This document shows, one piece after another, positions 15,916-17,503 of a DNA stretch of 17,503 bases. Position numbers and translations under genes: made by a program. Position 1 is the stretch's first letter. Every line of letters starts with the position of its first letter. The stretch is from Gemmatimonadota bacterium (GTDB taxonomy: Bacteria; Latescibacterota; UBA2968; UBA8231): NCBI GenBank assembly GCA_038153405.1, contig JAYOYH010000077.1:1-17503 (forward strand), written 5' to 3'. A model generated the notes under the pieces. That model had not been told where the DNA came from. It saw only the letters and a list, made by a program, of their open reading frames with translations, and made no database searches.

Positions 15916-17401
15916 TTGAATCAACTACTTACATACATATTTGTCGCCCTCTGCACCCTGCCTCTGAGCGCCCAAGAAGAGGAAGAAGAGCTGCTCGGCT
16001 ACGACGTGTTGGACGACCGCGTGCTGATCGAGACGCCGGATCACTGGCGGGCGTGGGAGGCGCCCACGGGTGCGCGCATTATACGGGCGGACGGCACGGT
16101 CGTCCCGCGCCTACTGCGCGGCCACGTCAACGCTGTGTACAGCGCCGAAGACGATTCCGTTATCGCCGTGGCGGTCGCCAATAGCAATCCAGAGCAGGCG
16201 ATGCTGGCTATCGACGGCGACTCGGCTACCTACTGGGAGCCCAACGGGGCGGACGATATTTCGACGTGGACTTTTGAGGTCGATCTACAGCGCACGTTGA
16301 TTGTCGAGCGCATCGTCGTGCGCTTTGTCGACGAGGGCCAGGGCGATCCCTTTCGCCAGTTTCGCGTGCTCACATCCGACGGGCTGGCGGCAGCCGGTCG
16401 CGCCAGCGAGATTTTTGCGCGGGTTGGCCTGGTGCGCAATCTGTCCGGACAGCGCGAATTTACCTTTGAACTTACGCCGCAGCGCAAGGTGGCTCCCGGC
16501 ATTGAAGGCGCCATTGTGCAGAAGGTGCGCATTGACGTGCTGGCCACAGCCGGCGGCCGCGCCGAAGAAATAACCCGAGAACAGTTCGACCTGCTGCCCG
16601 AAGAAGATCGCGGCGACGTCGACTATTTCTTGCAGACGTCGAGCGGTCGCCTCATTGCCGTTAGCGAAAATACCTACGCCGATTTGATCGAAGAAGAGCG
16701 CGGTCCCGTGCGCTACTATCGGCGCGAGCGTCCGCGCCTAAGCGAAGTAGAGGTATTCGCCCTTGGAGAGAATATCATCGCTATTACGCAGGCCGAGCGC
16801 GAGCGCGAGGCGCTGGCCATCGGTCAGTACGACTTCCTGCTCTTTCGCACCTTTACCGACGGCCTCTTCGCCACCAACAAAGACATGCTGTTCTACGATG
16901 CGGTGCAGGACGAAAACCAGGTCGAGATCGATTTGGGCGCTAAGTACTGGCTCGATCGCATCAAGCTGCTCAGCCCGGATCGACCGCCCTTTGCCTACCA
17001 GGTGCGCATATCCGACGGATCGGTCGACGCCAACGGCAATCTTGTTTGGACCACCTTCGACGAGCGTCGCAACCTCGAGCGCCTACTGCACGTCGAAGAG
17101 GCCTTTCCGCGCCAAGAGGTGCGCTATGTCGAGTTTCGCCAGCTCGAGTTTAGCGGCTCCAACTTCGAGAAAGGTCGGCTGAGCGAGATCCAGGCCTATG
17201 GCGAGGGTTACGTATCCGAGATCACTATGGAATCGCCCTTTATCCAACTCGACCGATCGCGCCTGTTTAACCGCGTGACCTGGGACGGTGAGGCTCCGCC
17301 CAATACGCGCATTGAAGTGCGCACGCGCACCGGTGAGAAGGTTACGCTAGAGCCGCACTACTTCACGATGAACGGCCGCGAGATCTCCGAAGACCTGTGG
17401 C
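15916..17401 (+). CDS. Large secreted protein with tandem discoidin/F5-8-type-C-like domains (partial, ends in unreliable sequence)
   Basis: TTG 15916 follows an in-frame TAA at 15907 and gives MNQLLTYIFVALCTLPLSA|QEEEEELLG. Motifs AIDGDSATYWEP...FEVDLQR...RLSEVEVF and FTDGLFAT...EIDLGAKYWLDRIKL...RLSEIQAYGEG. The frame is open to the window end, so it is absent from the ORF track. Confidence 0.8.
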
Positions 17402-17503
17402 GGGGGGGGGGGGGGGGGGGGGGGGGCCCCCCCCCCCCCCCCACCCACCACCCAACAAAAAAAAAGCGGTGTTGGACGAGAGGTGAGGCCGATAAGGAGT
17501 CAG
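17402..17503. other. Low-complexity G25/C16 tail, probable sequencing or assembly artefact
   Basis: G run 17402-17426, C run 17427-17442, then C/A-rich sequence. It begins abruptly mid-gene at the window end. Confidence 0.8.

Noticed and set aside
17402..17442. G25/C16 as a real hairpin, G-quadruplex or phase-variable tract
   Set aside because: Its position at the contig end and the low-complexity sequence that follows point to an artefact.
1..17503. tRNA-Sec (selC), CRISPR array, IS or prophage elements
   Set aside because: By eye I found no cloverleaf, regularly spaced repeats, or transposase, integrase or phage genes. A tRNAscan-SE/Infernal run would confirm this.

Overview
GC-rich bacterial window, probably the end of a metagenomic contig, densely packed with about 18 CDSs of mixed orientation. 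I see no mobile element, CRISPR array, rRNA or tRNA. The gene content (sulfatase, PhyH dioxygenase, sialate O-acetylesterase, aldo/keto reductase, GH20-like and polysaccharide-lyase-like proteins, TonB-dependent receptor, large secreted discoidin-type protein) suggests a diderm heterotroph such as Latescibacterota or Poribacteria; this is inference only. The strongest signal is a selenocysteine-recoded selD. The gene starts at 1690, reads through an in-frame TGA at the catalytic Cys/Sec position (TCG-U-AAK), and has a SECIS-like hairpin starting at +11. Features missed or mis-started by the ORF track include a frameshifted outer-membrane beta-barrel gene (909-1510), a 46-aa two-helix membrane protein with its own promoter (3883-4023), a switch-like structured leader before a secreted rhodanese, and truncated CDSs at both ends. 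The last ~100 nt (poly-G/poly-C) look like a sequencing artefact.
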